DNA of 63,963 nt, filler included, from Octopus bimaculoides (Eukaryota): the NCBI RefSeq assembly GCF_001194135.2. It is 5 parts of 5 records of this genome, joined end to end, with 100 filler letters (N's around TTAATTAATTAA, not from the genome) between each part and the next. Parts side by side here need not be neighbours in the genome. Positions count along the whole stretch, not along the records: positions 1 to 27,653 come from NC_068985.1; 4 more parts are not named here. One strand, written 5' to 3'. Below the pieces are notes generated by a model. It was given only the letters and a program-made list of their open reading frames with translations. It was not told the DNA's origin and did no database searches. Position 1 is the stretch's first letter. Each line of letters opens with the position of its first letter. Position numbers and translations under genes: made by a program. Below, piece after piece: positions 1-12,065 of the stretch.

Positions 1-398
1 TATATACGTGTTCACAATAATGATTTTTCTATTGTCTTAGCCTAACAGCCCTTACCGTTTGTTTTCACTGTTCTGTCTTGTTTTTAATGTCTTTTACTGT
101 TTGTTCTCACTGTCCTGTTCTTGTTTACACTTTCACCCTCTGCAAAAAATTCCAAATTTAATTAATTTGCTATTGCGGAAGGACTGTTCCAATGAAGTCG
201 CGTATTGTCCTTGCTTTCGAACCGCGGAGTAGATGGAACAGGGACAATTGACGAAGGGAAATATTCTTTATGTTGCATGTCTCGTTTCTCTGTTTTTTCG
301 TTGTTCGAAAAAAAGTTCGTTTTCTGTCATCGTCTTTATGTTTTCGTTTCTCATTGTGTTTAACGTTTTTTGTGATGTCCTGTACCCATATATGCATG

Positions 399-1416
399 TG
401 TAGCGGAAGCTTCTCTCTTGGTTATATATTCCTAAATGCGAACATAGCGGGTAACATCTAGCCTTCGGCCTGCCTTGGACTCTGCTGTGTCCATCACCCT
501 GATTGGCTCTTATTTGCGTAGCATTTGTCTGCAGTTCAGTTTCGTGCTAGAGTGCTTACCGACCAATTGTGGCCTTCTGATAAGGTCACATGAGAGAGTG
601 TTTTTCTGAGGTTTCTGGAGCCCCTTTTTACCTATAGATAAGCCTGTTTTATCCATGCCAGTTTGTCTCAGCTTTAGACCTCTCTGAGGTCTGGTTGTTG
701 ACCACCACACAGAACACTAACCAGCCAGTTTCCAGCGATGACATCAGCACCACCGTTCTACTGTTTTTCTACAGCCTCGTCGCTAACGTCAACACGACGT
801 CACTATGTACACAAGCTACCAACAGCATCCGCAGCCTTTCTTGACACTGTTTGTGTGGATTGTTTCCACCACGAAAATAACAGCCAGATCTTGACCTGCG
901 AACTCTTCTGTATTCAAGTAACCGGCTCGGCATAGAAGCCTCATCTTCCCGACATATGAATTAACTCTGCCTAGAAGCCACGACCTCTTATGTACAGGCT
1001 TTTTATCCATTGTGTACCTCAACTATGGACTGGTATCTTCCTATCTTTGTGTTCCGACACTTATCGTCCATGTTACAGACTCTTTTCCATGCTCTGTATT
1101 TCTCATTCACTCACATACACATATTTATGTATACATACTCTTGTACACGAAGGCCTGTCATATGTATTGTGTTATTATTTATATTGCCGCATGCACGCAC
1201 ACACAGACACACAGTTTACTACGCTAATAAACTTACTCTTTATATGTATATATCTAACGGTTGTGTCTCTCTCTTTCCTTGCTGGCATTTCCTCGCATTT
1301 CACATGTGGGCCCTCGCATGTTATATTTTATGTTTTGTGTCGACCGTGCGACGCATCAAAAGGAGCCTGTTCCATTCGTCGCCATTCTCCTTTGGTTCGC
1401 ACGGTCGTTCTCTACA
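399..1416 (+). mobile_element. Solo LTR (about 1018 bp), probably Ty3/Gypsy-like
   Basis: Starts TGTAG (399) and ends CTACA (1416), a 5-bp terminal inverted repeat with TG...CA. Flanked by a 4-bp TSD CATG (395-398 and 1417-1420). AATAAA at 1226-1231. No PBS or internal gag/pol. Superfamily is inferred from TSD length only. Confidence 0.8.
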
Positions 1417-2198
1417 CATGTATGTATACATATAGATGTGGTTATGTACATATATGTATGGATATATGCATATATTTATATATTATTTATGTTATATATA
1501 TATATATATATATATGTATCATGTTGGTGTGTCGCTGACTACGATTACAATACACATTTGAAATGTTGCTTAGGAATAGGTTTGTGATGCTAGTTAGCAC
1601 ATGGTTTCATAAATATATCATATATATGTTTACACACACACACATGAGTCTACAGGTATAAGCTATCAACAAGAGTGAATCTACAATGTCAGTGTGTGAA
1701 TGTGTGTTGTGCGTGTGCATGTGTTTGTATGCATTTTGTGTGAATGACAGTGTTCTCTCTGGGTCCAGCAGCATTAATAGAAAGTGACTGGATAGAAATA
1801 TCGAAATAATTAAATAATATACACCTAACACGTCCAAACCAGTAATTATTGTTTTTGTTTTCCTCTTCTTTCTTTTCTTATCTTTTTTCGTCTCCACCCA
1901 CCCATTTCATTCGTTTCGAAGGAAGACGAAAAGCAGGTATTTTAGTAATTTGTAAATATATAAACACCAAGGGAATAAAATAGGGAATGGGACGTGTGGT
2001 TAGTTGATGTGTGTGTGCGTATGCAGGAAGGCATTTGTGTACGATCAGTCAGTGAGTTTGTAAACACTCATGTCTGTATATATCTAGCTAAGTCTACGAA
2101 CACACGTACACATACATATAACATATATTTATATGTGTATGTGTGTGTGTATACACACACCCATATATCTATGTATCTATGAGTGTATTAATAAATTG

Positions 2199-2229
<31 letters not shown>

Positions 2230-2252
2230 CACACACACACACACACACACAC

Positions 2253-2290
<38 letters not shown>

Positions 2291-2721
2291 NNNNNNNNNN
2301 NNNNNNNNNNNNNNNNNNNNNNNNNNNNNNNNNNNNNNNNNNNNNNNNNNNNNNNNNNNNNNNNNNNNNNNNNNNNNNNNNNNNNNNNNNNNNNNNNNNN
2401 NNNNNNNNNNNNNNNNNNNNNNNNNNNNNNNNNNNNNNNNNNNNNNNNNNNNNNNNNNNNNNNNNNNNNNNNNNNNNNNNNNNNNNNNNNNNNNNNNNNN
2501 NNNNNNNNNNNNNNNNNNNNNNNNNNNNNNNNNNNNNNNNNNNNNNNNNNNNNNNNNNNNNNNNNNNNNNNNNNNNNNNNNNNNNNNNNNNNNNNNNNNN
2601 NNNNNNNNNNNNNNNNNNNNNNNNNNNNNNNNNNNNNNNNNNNNNNNNNNNNNNNNNNNNNNNNNNNNNNNNNNNNNNNNNNNNNNNNNNNNNNNNNNNN
2701 NNNNNNNNNNNNNNNNNNNNN

Positions 2722-2762
<41 letters not shown>

Positions 2763-3081
2763 CTGTATGTCCTTGTCTGTGTTTGTCGATCAATCTATCT
2801 GTCCCTCTCTACCCAATCAACTATTCAGTGTAGTAAACTGCTTAAATGTTGTCTTTGTTTTTATTTATCCTCATTGTGGTTTTCTTTCAGTGCTTTACCC
2901 CACTCTTTCCTTCCTTCTTCTCGCTCTCACGGTACCTTAATGTTGACAAATCTATTGAAATAGAAAAAAGAAATCTCAGTAATAAAACAAGTCGTGTTAT
3001 GAGTGGCCATTCTGTGTCTATCCTGTGTGTATTTAGTTGACAACTGGTGTACTTTGAAAGTAAATTGTCCCTAACCTTGCA

Positions 3082-4527
3082 ATGGATGTCGAAGAGGTTG
3101 TGGTACCCTCTCAACAAATCAAGGCCGATACTGCTGCTCTGACTGAGAAGAATATACCACTGACTTGCAGTATATGTAGCGGAAAGTTTCACTCACCCAG
3201 GGCGTTGCCCTGCCTACATACATACTGCAAAACCTGTTTGAGCTCTTACATTCAAGCATATCTGAGTGAGACAAACAAGGGCTCATTCCCATGTCCGGAC
3301 TGCCAGGAAGATACGCAACCAATCGACCCAACACGCCCTTATATTGAATGGGCTGATGGTTTCCCGGAAAATTTTTTCCTGACAGATATGAACATAGAAA
3401 TAATAAACGACAGCAATATTGCCAATGACACTAACCGAAAATCGATTGGTTTAAATAAAACAGTTCGAAATCCTCGTTTAAGTTTCAGTGACACAGATAT
3501 CTTTAAAAGCTCTGTTACGAAGTCATTTGATACGAAAACCTTTAAGGAACACACAGTGGTGTTAGAAAAAGAAGAGAAAATTCTACAAACTTGCCAAAAG
3601 TTGGACGAAGCCATGGTATTGAAAAAAGAGGACGGAAACTTAAAATCTCAGGACGAGTTAACAGATTGTAAAAACGAAGAAAACACTACCAAGATGCCCA
3701 AAGGAAGTGAAGTCGAAGAAGAAAATGGTCTATTGTTGCCATTGGAAAATAAATTTACAGCTCATCTTCCAGGTGTCGAAGTCCCTTCCATTTTAAACAA
3801 TGCCATAATACTTCCGTCGGGGGAAGTATTAGGGGTCGATGTGAGAAATCGACACGTGAAGAAATTTTCCCTGTCCGGGAAATTAATTGGTTTGCTTCGT
3901 TTGATGTCCGAACCAGGAGATATTGCTCTCCTTCCTGAAGGTGAAGCATTGGTTACTTTGCCCCAAAAGTCAGAAATCATTACTTTTGATCCTGATAAAT
4001 CTATGGAGGTAATCGATCATATCCCAACACCTCGAAAATATACGTGTATCGCAGTAGGACAACCCGAAAAGTTAGTCGCTACGCACTGCGTGGAAAACTT
4101 CTGGTGCGTCGATGTTCTCTCGTATGCTTGTTATATTCTTTATTCCATTCAACGAAACTGCGTCGGAAAACCAATGGGCCTTACAATATCCCCGAATTTC
4201 GATATTATAGTCTCAGATACCCTAGAACGGTCTCTGATCTCCTACAAGTGGGACGGTAGCATCAATTTTATGTACAAACCAGACCCTTCCGAAAGTGACG
4301 AGTGTTTAGAAGAACCGCGTGGAGTTTGTTGTGGTCGAGACGGCTCAGTTTATTTGGCTGACACGAAGAATGACCGAATCATTCATATGAGCAAAACCGG
4401 ATTCTTTAAAAGGATACTCTTGGATGGAACTGACGGCATCAGTCGCCCCGTGGGACTTTATTTTAGTGATAAATCCAAACTGTTAGTGACCCAGGAAGAT
4501 GGTGTTGTAAAAATATTCGGCATGTAA
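3082..4527 (+). CDS. Intronless RING-HC + NHL-repeat/beta-propeller protein (TRIM-NHL-like putative E3 ubiquitin ligase), 481 aa
   Basis: Uninterrupted ORF with an in-frame upstream TAA (3061-3063). TRIM-type C3HC4 RING CSIC...LPCLHTYCKTC...FPCPDC (about 3166-3303). C-terminal NHL-like blades, e.g. EEPRGVCCGRDGSVYLADTKNDRIIHMS and ISRPVGLYFSDKSKLLVTQEDGVVKIF. No B-box motif seen. Confidence 0.93.
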   Translation: MDVEEVVVPSQQIKADTAALTEKNIPLTCSICSGKFHSPRALPCLHTYCKTCLSSYIQAYLSETNKGSFPCPDCQEDTQPIDPTRPYIEWADGFPENFFLTDMNIEIINDSNIANDTNRKSIGLNKTVRNPRLSFSDTDIFKSSVTKSFDTKTFKEHTVVLEKEEKILQTCQKLDEAMVLKKEDGNLKSQDELTDCKNEENTTKMPKGSEVEEENGLLLPLENKFTAHLPGVEVPSILNNAIILPSGEVLGVDVRNRHVKKFSLSGKLIGLLRLMSEPGDIALLPEGEALVTLPQKSEIITFDPDKSMEVIDHIPTPRKYTCIAVGQPEKLVATHCVENFWCVDVLSYACYILYSIQRNCVGKPMGLTISPNFDIIVSDTLERSLISYKWDGSINFMYKPDPSESDECLEEPRGVCCGRDGSVYLADTKNDRIIHMSKTGFFKRILLDGTDGISRPVGLYFSDKSKLLVTQEDGVVKIFGM

Positions 4528-4974
4528 AAGGTAATTTGCAACGACCCTGGTAATAGTAGTAATAATAATAATAATAATAATAATAATGATAATAATAATA
4601 ATAATTTCTTTTATTAGCCACAGGGTATCACTCAGAAAAAAAAAAACTTGTCATCACAAACATTAATATCAAGTCATTGTTTCTCTTTATTTTTCTAATT
4701 TTTATATTTTTTAAAACTTACTGGTTATTATTCATTTACTTGCTACAATTATAAAATATATTTTGATTATGAATGTTTTGTTTTTGAAGGTACCTTTATA
4801 CTGTTGTTGTTGTTGTTATTTAACCCCAGATCTTACTGTCACCATCCTGTCTTATCTCCATCATAGTGTATCTGGGATGTTTCTCTTTAGTTGATTTGAG
4901 GTTGGAATATAAGGGATTTTTAATCCATGAAACTCCTAAACACTTACTGCTATTTTCGCTGATAATATGTATGT

Positions 4975-5007
<33 letters not shown>

Positions 5008-5073
5008 ACACACACACACGAGAGAGAGAGATGCAATAAAGCGTGTGTGCAATTATTATTATAATTTAAGTTT

Positions 5074-5110
<37 letters not shown>

Positions 5111-6780
5111 ATGTATACGTACGTAGTACATATATACAAGAATAAAACCTGCCGTCATCAAACTTCGATGTAGCTGTCAACTTTTTACTTGCCAAAATTA
5201 ATGTGTACTCTCTTAAAAAATATCAGCCTTTCAATATATTACATCACTTAAAAATGAACATGTATGTATGTATGCATGCCTATACGCATGTATGTGTGTA
5301 TGGATGGATGCATGCATGTATGTATGTATGGATGGATGCATGCATGTATGTATGGATGGATGCACGTCTGTATATATGTGTGCATGTCGTTGGAAAAGCA
5401 TTTAAAAATGTATTTTTCTTACTAGTAGTTTGAAATAACTTTTATACTTTTTTATTTCGTAAGATTTAGGACAACCATGTTGGAACAAGTTGTAATAATA
5501 ATAATAATGATTTCAAATTTTGGCATAAAACCAGTAAGGTTGGGGGATTACGAATAATGGATTTATTGTAATTCAGTGTTCGCGTGCACTGTTGTAGTAA
5601 ACCTTATAACAAGACAAGCACCTTTACTTTTGGGTTACATTAAGCACAAATGGTGATCGTTCAGTTTAATAGATAGAATAAAAACTTCTCGCAAATGTTT
5701 GTTATAAATATCATAGTTACAGTTTTTGTATAAATTTTGTTGTTTAGCCCCAGATGAAACACCAAGCCATCAGAACTTCTATGAGAAAAAATGTTCCAAT
5801 TGTAATCAACCCATTTTTTCTTTTCTGTATTTTTTTTTTGTCAAAGATTACATTATCTTAGGTATCCTTCCATTTTTTAAAACTGTAAAGGTGTGGTTAT
5901 TTGGCTGCTACTTTTAGAAGGTGGTGAGACCATTTTTGAGTAAACACATAGGCCTCAGAGGACAGATAAAAACTACCTTTGTTAGTTTGGTCCCCTATCT
6001 TGATAATTATCCTTTGATCATTTTGAGCTCAATACTTCCACATCAACTAGTTTACTTCCATGTTTACTAACCCTAATATCTATATAAAGTTGATAAGTTT
6101 AGCTGTGATGTCAGTCATAAAGATTTGTGGGCATTGCTTCACTAAACCACACTGCTCACTTTACTGCTCTCTTAGTCTGCATTAAGCTACACTGCTACTC
6201 TAGCTCGTGTCTATTTTATCGATCACAGTTATCTATTCACAAAGTCCATTGCTCTTTATGTACTGACTTTAAGTTGCGCACAAATTGACTTTGTCTTTTA
6301 TCTCTCCAAGGTCTTCTCTTTCAATCCTTTTCGCATCTGGAATCCCTTGTAGAAATATACTAGACTATGTAATGTGCACCTTCTGTCTTCTAGACTTACA
6401 GTGTTTAGTAATGCTTCTTTATGTTCTGAGTTCAAACCCCATTAACGCCAATTTACTTTTCTTCTTCCTGGGGTTGACAGAATATGCATTTCCCAAGTAG
6501 TGGGGTGATTGAATTGTTTATACGGCTCCTCTCCAAATTTCGTTCTAAGTTCAAAGTTTGAGTAACAAGATGTTGTGAAGAGGCCTGAGTTAGTAAACAT
6601 AATAAATATACTCTATATCAAGAGGTGAGTTCTTTTTAATTTGTTTGTAGAATTATTTTGTAAATAGAACTACTGTAAATGTATGTGTGTGTGTGTGAAT
6701 CAACAGACATACATATGTATATATGTACATGATTGTGTGCATATACATAGATGCAAACACACGCACATATATATATGTAT

Positions 6781-6835
<55 letters not shown>

Positions 6836-7104
6836 NNNNNNNNNNNNNNNNNNNNNNNNNNNNNNNNNNNNNNNNNNNNNNNNNNNNNNNNNNNNNNNNN
6901 NNNNNNNNNNNNNNNNNNNNNNNNNNNNNNNNNNNNNNNNNNNNNNNNNNNNNNNNNTATATGTATGTATGTATGTATATGTATGTATATATATATGTAT
7001 ATGTATGTATATATATGTATGTATGTATATATACAGACATGCATACATGTATATGTATACATGCACACACATGCATACTCATGTATAGAGAATGTGTATA
7101 ATAT

Positions 7105-7696
7105 ATAGATACACACATACATTTACCTGCACATATATAGTATATCTTGCATGTACAAATAGATATATAACTGCTACTGTTGAGTTTAGAACTTCACATA
7201 GATTATCACCATTCTGTCTGCTTCAAGTATAGTGGTTTGGTTGCTACTATATTTTATAGTATTATTAGTTATGATATACTGAGCAAATGTAGCAAACATT
7301 GCAATAAACATAAATTTATATCGTTTGTTCCTACACATGTTTCCTCATTGTGGTTGTTTACAACTTTGCATTTGATGTTCCAAGTTTGGAATTCTGCATT
7401 GGATGTCCCAAGTGCAACTGGAACATCAAATGCAAAGTTATAAACAACCACAATGAGGAAACATGTGTAGGAACAAATGATATAAATTTATGTTTATTGC
7501 AATGTTTGCTACATTTGCTCAGTATATCATAACTAATAATACTATAAAATATAGTAGCAACCAAACCACTATACTTGAAGCAGACAGAATGGTGATAATC
7601 TATGTGAAGTTCTAAACTCAACAGTAGCAGTTATATATCTATTTGTACATGCAAGATATACTATATATGTGCAGGTAAATGTATGTGTGTATCTAT
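7105..7696. repeat. Near-perfect inverted repeat: 278-bp arms, 36-bp spacer
   Basis: Arms 7105-7382 and 7419-7696 are reverse complements with 2 mismatches (7323, 7361). Mirrored ORFs in the track (7180-7443 + and 7358-7621 -) confirm the symmetry. Confidence 0.95.
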
Positions 7697-8075
7697 CTAT
7701 TGATGTTCCAGTTGCACTTGGGACATCCAATGCAGAATTCCAAACTACCACAGTGTTGAGACATGTGTAGGAACAAATGACATAAATTTATGTTTATCAT
7801 AATTTCTCCTACATGTACACATATACACATGCACATGTGTGTATACATGTATGTGTGTATACATGTATGTGTGTGTGCATTGAACTGAACAAATATTTGT
7901 CAATCCATTATTCAGTTTTAAAAAATAATAGTTGAAAAAAAAATCTATTCTTTTCAGCTGAAAACTCCTCTTTCTCACCCTATTCCTGCTCACACACTTC
8001 ACTCAACAAATATCACTGACACACACACTTCACTCACACACTTCACTCAACAAATATTACTGACACACAACACCA

Positions 8076-8156
8076 TCACCACCATCTCCAGTGTTCTTGC
8101 ACTTTTATTGTAGTCAGTTTTGTACCACAGAACCAGTGGTAGTCTTCATTAGATTG
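8076..8156 (-). CDS. Candidate terminal coding exon of unidentified minus-strand gene (QSNEDYHWFCGTKLTTIKVQEHWRWW*)
   Basis: Acceptor ...taatag|CAATCT. Phase 0 matches the candidate exon at 8267-8328. Only open frame of the three. Confidence 0.35.
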   Translation of the reverse strand, partial: QSNEDYHWFCGTKLTTIKVQEHWRWW

Positions 8157-8266
8157 CTATTAAAAGGTTTAATGAGATGTATCAGAAAGTTTTGATACAT
8201 TTTTAATATTTTTAGACTTTAAATATCTTGTTACTGTATTGTTAGTCCTCACCATTATATTTTAAC

Positions 8267-8328
8267 CGTGTTTTGCTCCAACATTGGTAAAAAGGTTATT
8301 CCAACTGCTAGGTCATCATGATCCAGTC
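8267..8328 (-). CDS. Candidate coding exon (G|LDHDDLAVGITFLPMLEQNT)
   Basis: Strong acceptor ttatttcttcag|GA. Single open frame, phase 1. Donor ACG|gttaaa is weak; alternatively the frame runs on to TAA at 8255-8257. Confidence 0.5.
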
Positions 8329-9705
8329 CTGAAGAAATAAGTTAACATCTAATTAGTTGCTAATGTTTTAATTTCACTTCTTCATCCACTGTTTAATTAA
8401 TAGTAAAGTGTCATTGAAGTAATTACATTAATGAAATTAGTAGAAGACGTGAGTTTATTTCTATAAATATTGGCCAATTTATGTAGGAGAGATGACTGGT
8501 ATAGACATATGGCAGAAAATAGAGGTTGAGACAAGTTGGGTGAAAAATTGTTGTTTACTTGAGTGTGAAGGTTGTCTATCGTTGAAGTAGGGAAAGGAAA
8601 AAGTTGGATTAAACAGTTAAATCAGACATTGAGAATCTTGAAGTTTATAGGAATGCTAAGAGAGGGGTATTGCACCAAATTAAATGTTTAATCATACTAA
8701 GTTTTTATCATTTTACATTCTTGCTCAATTTCAGGAAGGGTTTGTCCTTCCAGAATCAATAAGGTGAATACCAGTAAGACTGGCTTAATTCATACCATAT
8801 CCTGCCTCTTCTACAAATACCATCTCTTTCAGCTACATAGTAGCTGTAGCCAAACATACTTACTGATGATGATTGAAATGGTGATCATAATTATGTTAAT
8901 GATTATTATGAAAATTATAATTGTGATGATACATATAATAGTGATTACTATGATGATTGTTACGTTTGGTATGATGAAGATTTTGATGTTCATTATGTTC
9001 ATTGTTATGATATAATGTTGATTATGATCATAATTAAGATATGTTGTTGATTATTATGATGATGATCTGTAAAAATTCTGTTGACTGTTGAAACTGATTA
9101 CATTATCTTATTTAACAGTTCTGTAGAGTTAGGGTTTGAGGTTTTCTTTCTTCTGTTAAGCAATAACTTGTGTGATTCCACCCACGTCCAGTCTTTTCTC
9201 TTTTTATTCTTATTTAGTTCTTTTTGTAAGATTGTTATCAGTGCCACAACTTCCCACTACCATCACCACCACCACCACCACCATCATTATCATAATCATC
9301 ATCTTCACCACCATTATTGTCATCACCACCACAGATATGTACTCTTTTTTTTTTACTGTTTTTAATTAATACACCATTAATCAAAATACAATTATTAATT
9401 ACTCCAATCTTGACCTTGTTTACTTTCACATTATTTTAATTTTTATTCTTCAACATTTTTTATCTGCTAAGTAACTATAATTACAGTATCTTTGTTTAGA
9501 GTCACACTTTCTGAGAAAATATTGCATGTAACTCTATCTAGAGATGATGCTAACAGCAACAACAAATAATTTCTTTTTTGGAGACTTCAAATTTAAAAGG
9601 AAGAGGCAGTCATGTTTGTATCTTTCAGAAAGTATTTGTATTGTCAATGAAGTTTCAGATGTGACTTGGAACCCGGTTGTGGGTTTCATTCATCAAACAA
9701 CTCAC

Positions 9706-9746
9706 CATTACCACAATTCTTTATACATTCATTAATATAGAATGGA
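9706..9746 (-). CDS. Candidate coding exon (PFYINECIKNCGN)
   Basis: Donor AATG|gtgagt. Acceptor ccttag|TCC, or ccag| 6 nt upstream in the same frame. Phase 2 to 1. Confidence 0.5.
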
Positions 9747-10265
9747 CTAAGGCTGGTTATTCAATAACAACAACAAAATAATAATAATAATCCAAAGATA
9801 TCTTATCGTTGGAATTTTTCTAATTGCAAATACTTTTTTAATTACAGATTTAAAAAAATTTTCTTTTGGTACATATTTTTGTTTCTTTGCTTTAGTTGCT
9901 GCCTTAAATCTGTGATTGTGTGTTTGTTTACCAACTAGAATAACATACTACAATTATCTTTACATTAAACACTTAGACTATGTCTGATGGAATAAAAATA
10001 CTGTTCTAAAAGTGCATTGGTTGTGACAAATTTAGGCAAAGGATTTTGGTAGCATTATTAAAGCTTTATTTAATGATAAGAAAAAAAATAATTTAAAATA
10101 CTGGAAACTGAATAATTTAAAAATCGTTCATTATGTTACTGTCTCTTAATGTGATGATGGATTTGATGTTGATTGGACCAAATTGGAAATTCAGTATTTA
10201 CTTTATTTGTTGTGTGTATACAACCAGTTCATACTTTGATTAATTTGTGTCTTAGTTTTACACAC

Positions 10266-10300
<35 letters not shown>

Positions 10301-10766
10301 AACACACACACACACACACACAAACATATATACACATAAGAAAACAGGAAATTGAAAATTATATATATATAGCCCTTCATCTCCTACAGAATTAATAATG
10401 ATAAAATATATATTAGTCATACAATACCAGTTACATAATAGTTGTACTATTGTCTTTAGTTCAGTTGGTAATTTTAACCTTGGACATGTTCTTGTAGTTT
10501 GTTATTCTGTGTTGTGTTACATATTTGTTGAGTTACACAATATATGTGAATACGTTATGTTGTGTGCATGCGTGTGGTGTGTTTGAAATATCTCAGAGTA
10601 GCATCAAGCCATTTTATATAGAGGGAAAGAGGATGGCTAACCAAAGGTAATCTAACATAGATATCCTATGTCTCCTGCATTTAGCTTGCTACATAGTTTT
10701 CATTCTGTTATTGGTGTGTCCCAATGTCTCAAACAGGGTTATTTAACTCACAATGACACAGTTCAC

Positions 10767-10785
10767 CTTGGAGTAAATATGTACC
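10767..10785 (-). CDS. Candidate 19-nt microexon (GYIFTPS)
   Basis: Acceptor atgctcttcag|GG, donor CCAAG|gtgaac. Phase 1 to 2 links the flanking candidate exons. Confidence 0.4.
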
Positions 10786-11294
10786 CTGAAGAGCATTTTA
10801 TTTAGTTTGCAATTCTGAATTGTAATCTGTCCATTGTCTTGATGAAGTGAACCATAATGAAGTAGCTAAATATTTCCTTTCTGAAATCACTTCAAGAGGG
10901 GGAAGTTTTTAATACTTCAGTGGTACCCCATCTACTCCAGTGTAATGTAAACATTGCTGTAAGGCTTGAGGGCCATGTGACTAAGTGTGTGTTCAATGTT
11001 ACAATGTATATTCTAAGTCACAGAGAATTTACATATATATTGCCATGAAGAGCTTGGAATAAAAATAATTTGAGAGCTTTTAATAACGTTTTTTTTTTAA
11101 TGAGTAAAATAAACTAACCAATAATTTTATTAAGAGTGGCCTTCAAAGATTTCTTCTTATTTTTATATTGGGTACAAATGTACTAAACTATTTCATATGT
11201 TATATTTGTAAATAAATGTACAGATAAAATGTCTCTGTTTTTGAGTATTTCTTCCATTTTTATTTTCTTTTGCATTGTTTTCTTATTAACACAC

Positions 11295-11345
11295 CTGAAA
11301 CTTCTAATGTTCCAGTCATGGTATTTATAAAAGAAATTTCATATT
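11295..11345 (-). CDS. Candidate coding exon (YEISFINTMTGTLEVS)
   Basis: Acceptor ttgattcttcag|AA, donor TCAG|gtgtgt. Only one open frame, phase 1 to 1. Confidence 0.55.
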
Positions 11346-11664
11346 CTGAAGAATCAAATATAAACTTTTAATAAATCTCATTACAAAAGAAGGCATCAAA
11401 GTTATGCTTGTGTAAGCATGTGCATGTGTACGTTATATCTAATTATTACACATAAAATTTAGTTACATGTCAATATTTTCTTCTGAATTTTCTAGATAAT
11501 AAACTACCATGTTCTTTCTGTTTTGCATTTTAATCAATCTATTCAAAAATTGTTTTCAGGTGCTATATTTAAGCACACACACACACACACATGCACATGT
11601 ATGCCTCTGTGTGTGTGTGTAATAGTTATAGCTTAATTAATTCAGAAGACAGTTAATCACTTAA

Positions 11665-12065
11665 CCAAGATGTGATGCAGTGTGGTTTCATGCAGAGGAG
11701 AGGCACTACTGATGCTGCCTTTATAGTTCATCCACTGCAAGAGAATTATTTAACAAAAAATAAACCACTGTACTTGGTATTCATCAACTTGGAGAATGCA
11801 TTTGACAGGGTGCCTTGCTCTCATATCTGGTGGTTGTTACAGAAGCTAAGAATAGATGAATGGCTAGTAGGAGCCATTCAAGGCATGTACAGGTATGTAG
11901 TCAGAAAAGTGAGATTTATCTATGAGTACAGTGATGAATTAAGTGTAGGAGTTTATCAGAGTTTGGTTATCAGTCCCCTATTATTTATCATAGTCCCCTA
12001 ATCCATAACAGAAGGATTTAAGCCTGGCTCCCCATGGGAACTACTCCATGCTAATGAACTAGTGC
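11665..12065 (+). mobile_element. RTE-clade LINE reverse transcriptase fragment (degenerate)
   Basis: QCGFMQRRGTTDAAF...YLVFINLENAFDRVP...LSVGVYQSLVISPLLFIIV, matching RTE RT motifs. Confidence 0.85.

Noticed and set aside
990-1587. Overlapping 100-180-aa ORFs
   Set aside because: They lie in the solo LTR and flanking simple repeats; no gag, pol or env motifs.
2133-2963. Long ORFs containing X runs or YIYI/CVCV/THTH/SSSS tracts throughout the track
   Set aside because: Produced by N gaps and microsatellites lacking stop codons.
7180-7621. Twin 87-aa ORFs on opposite strands
   Set aside because: A by-product of the palindrome; no ATG start and no domain.
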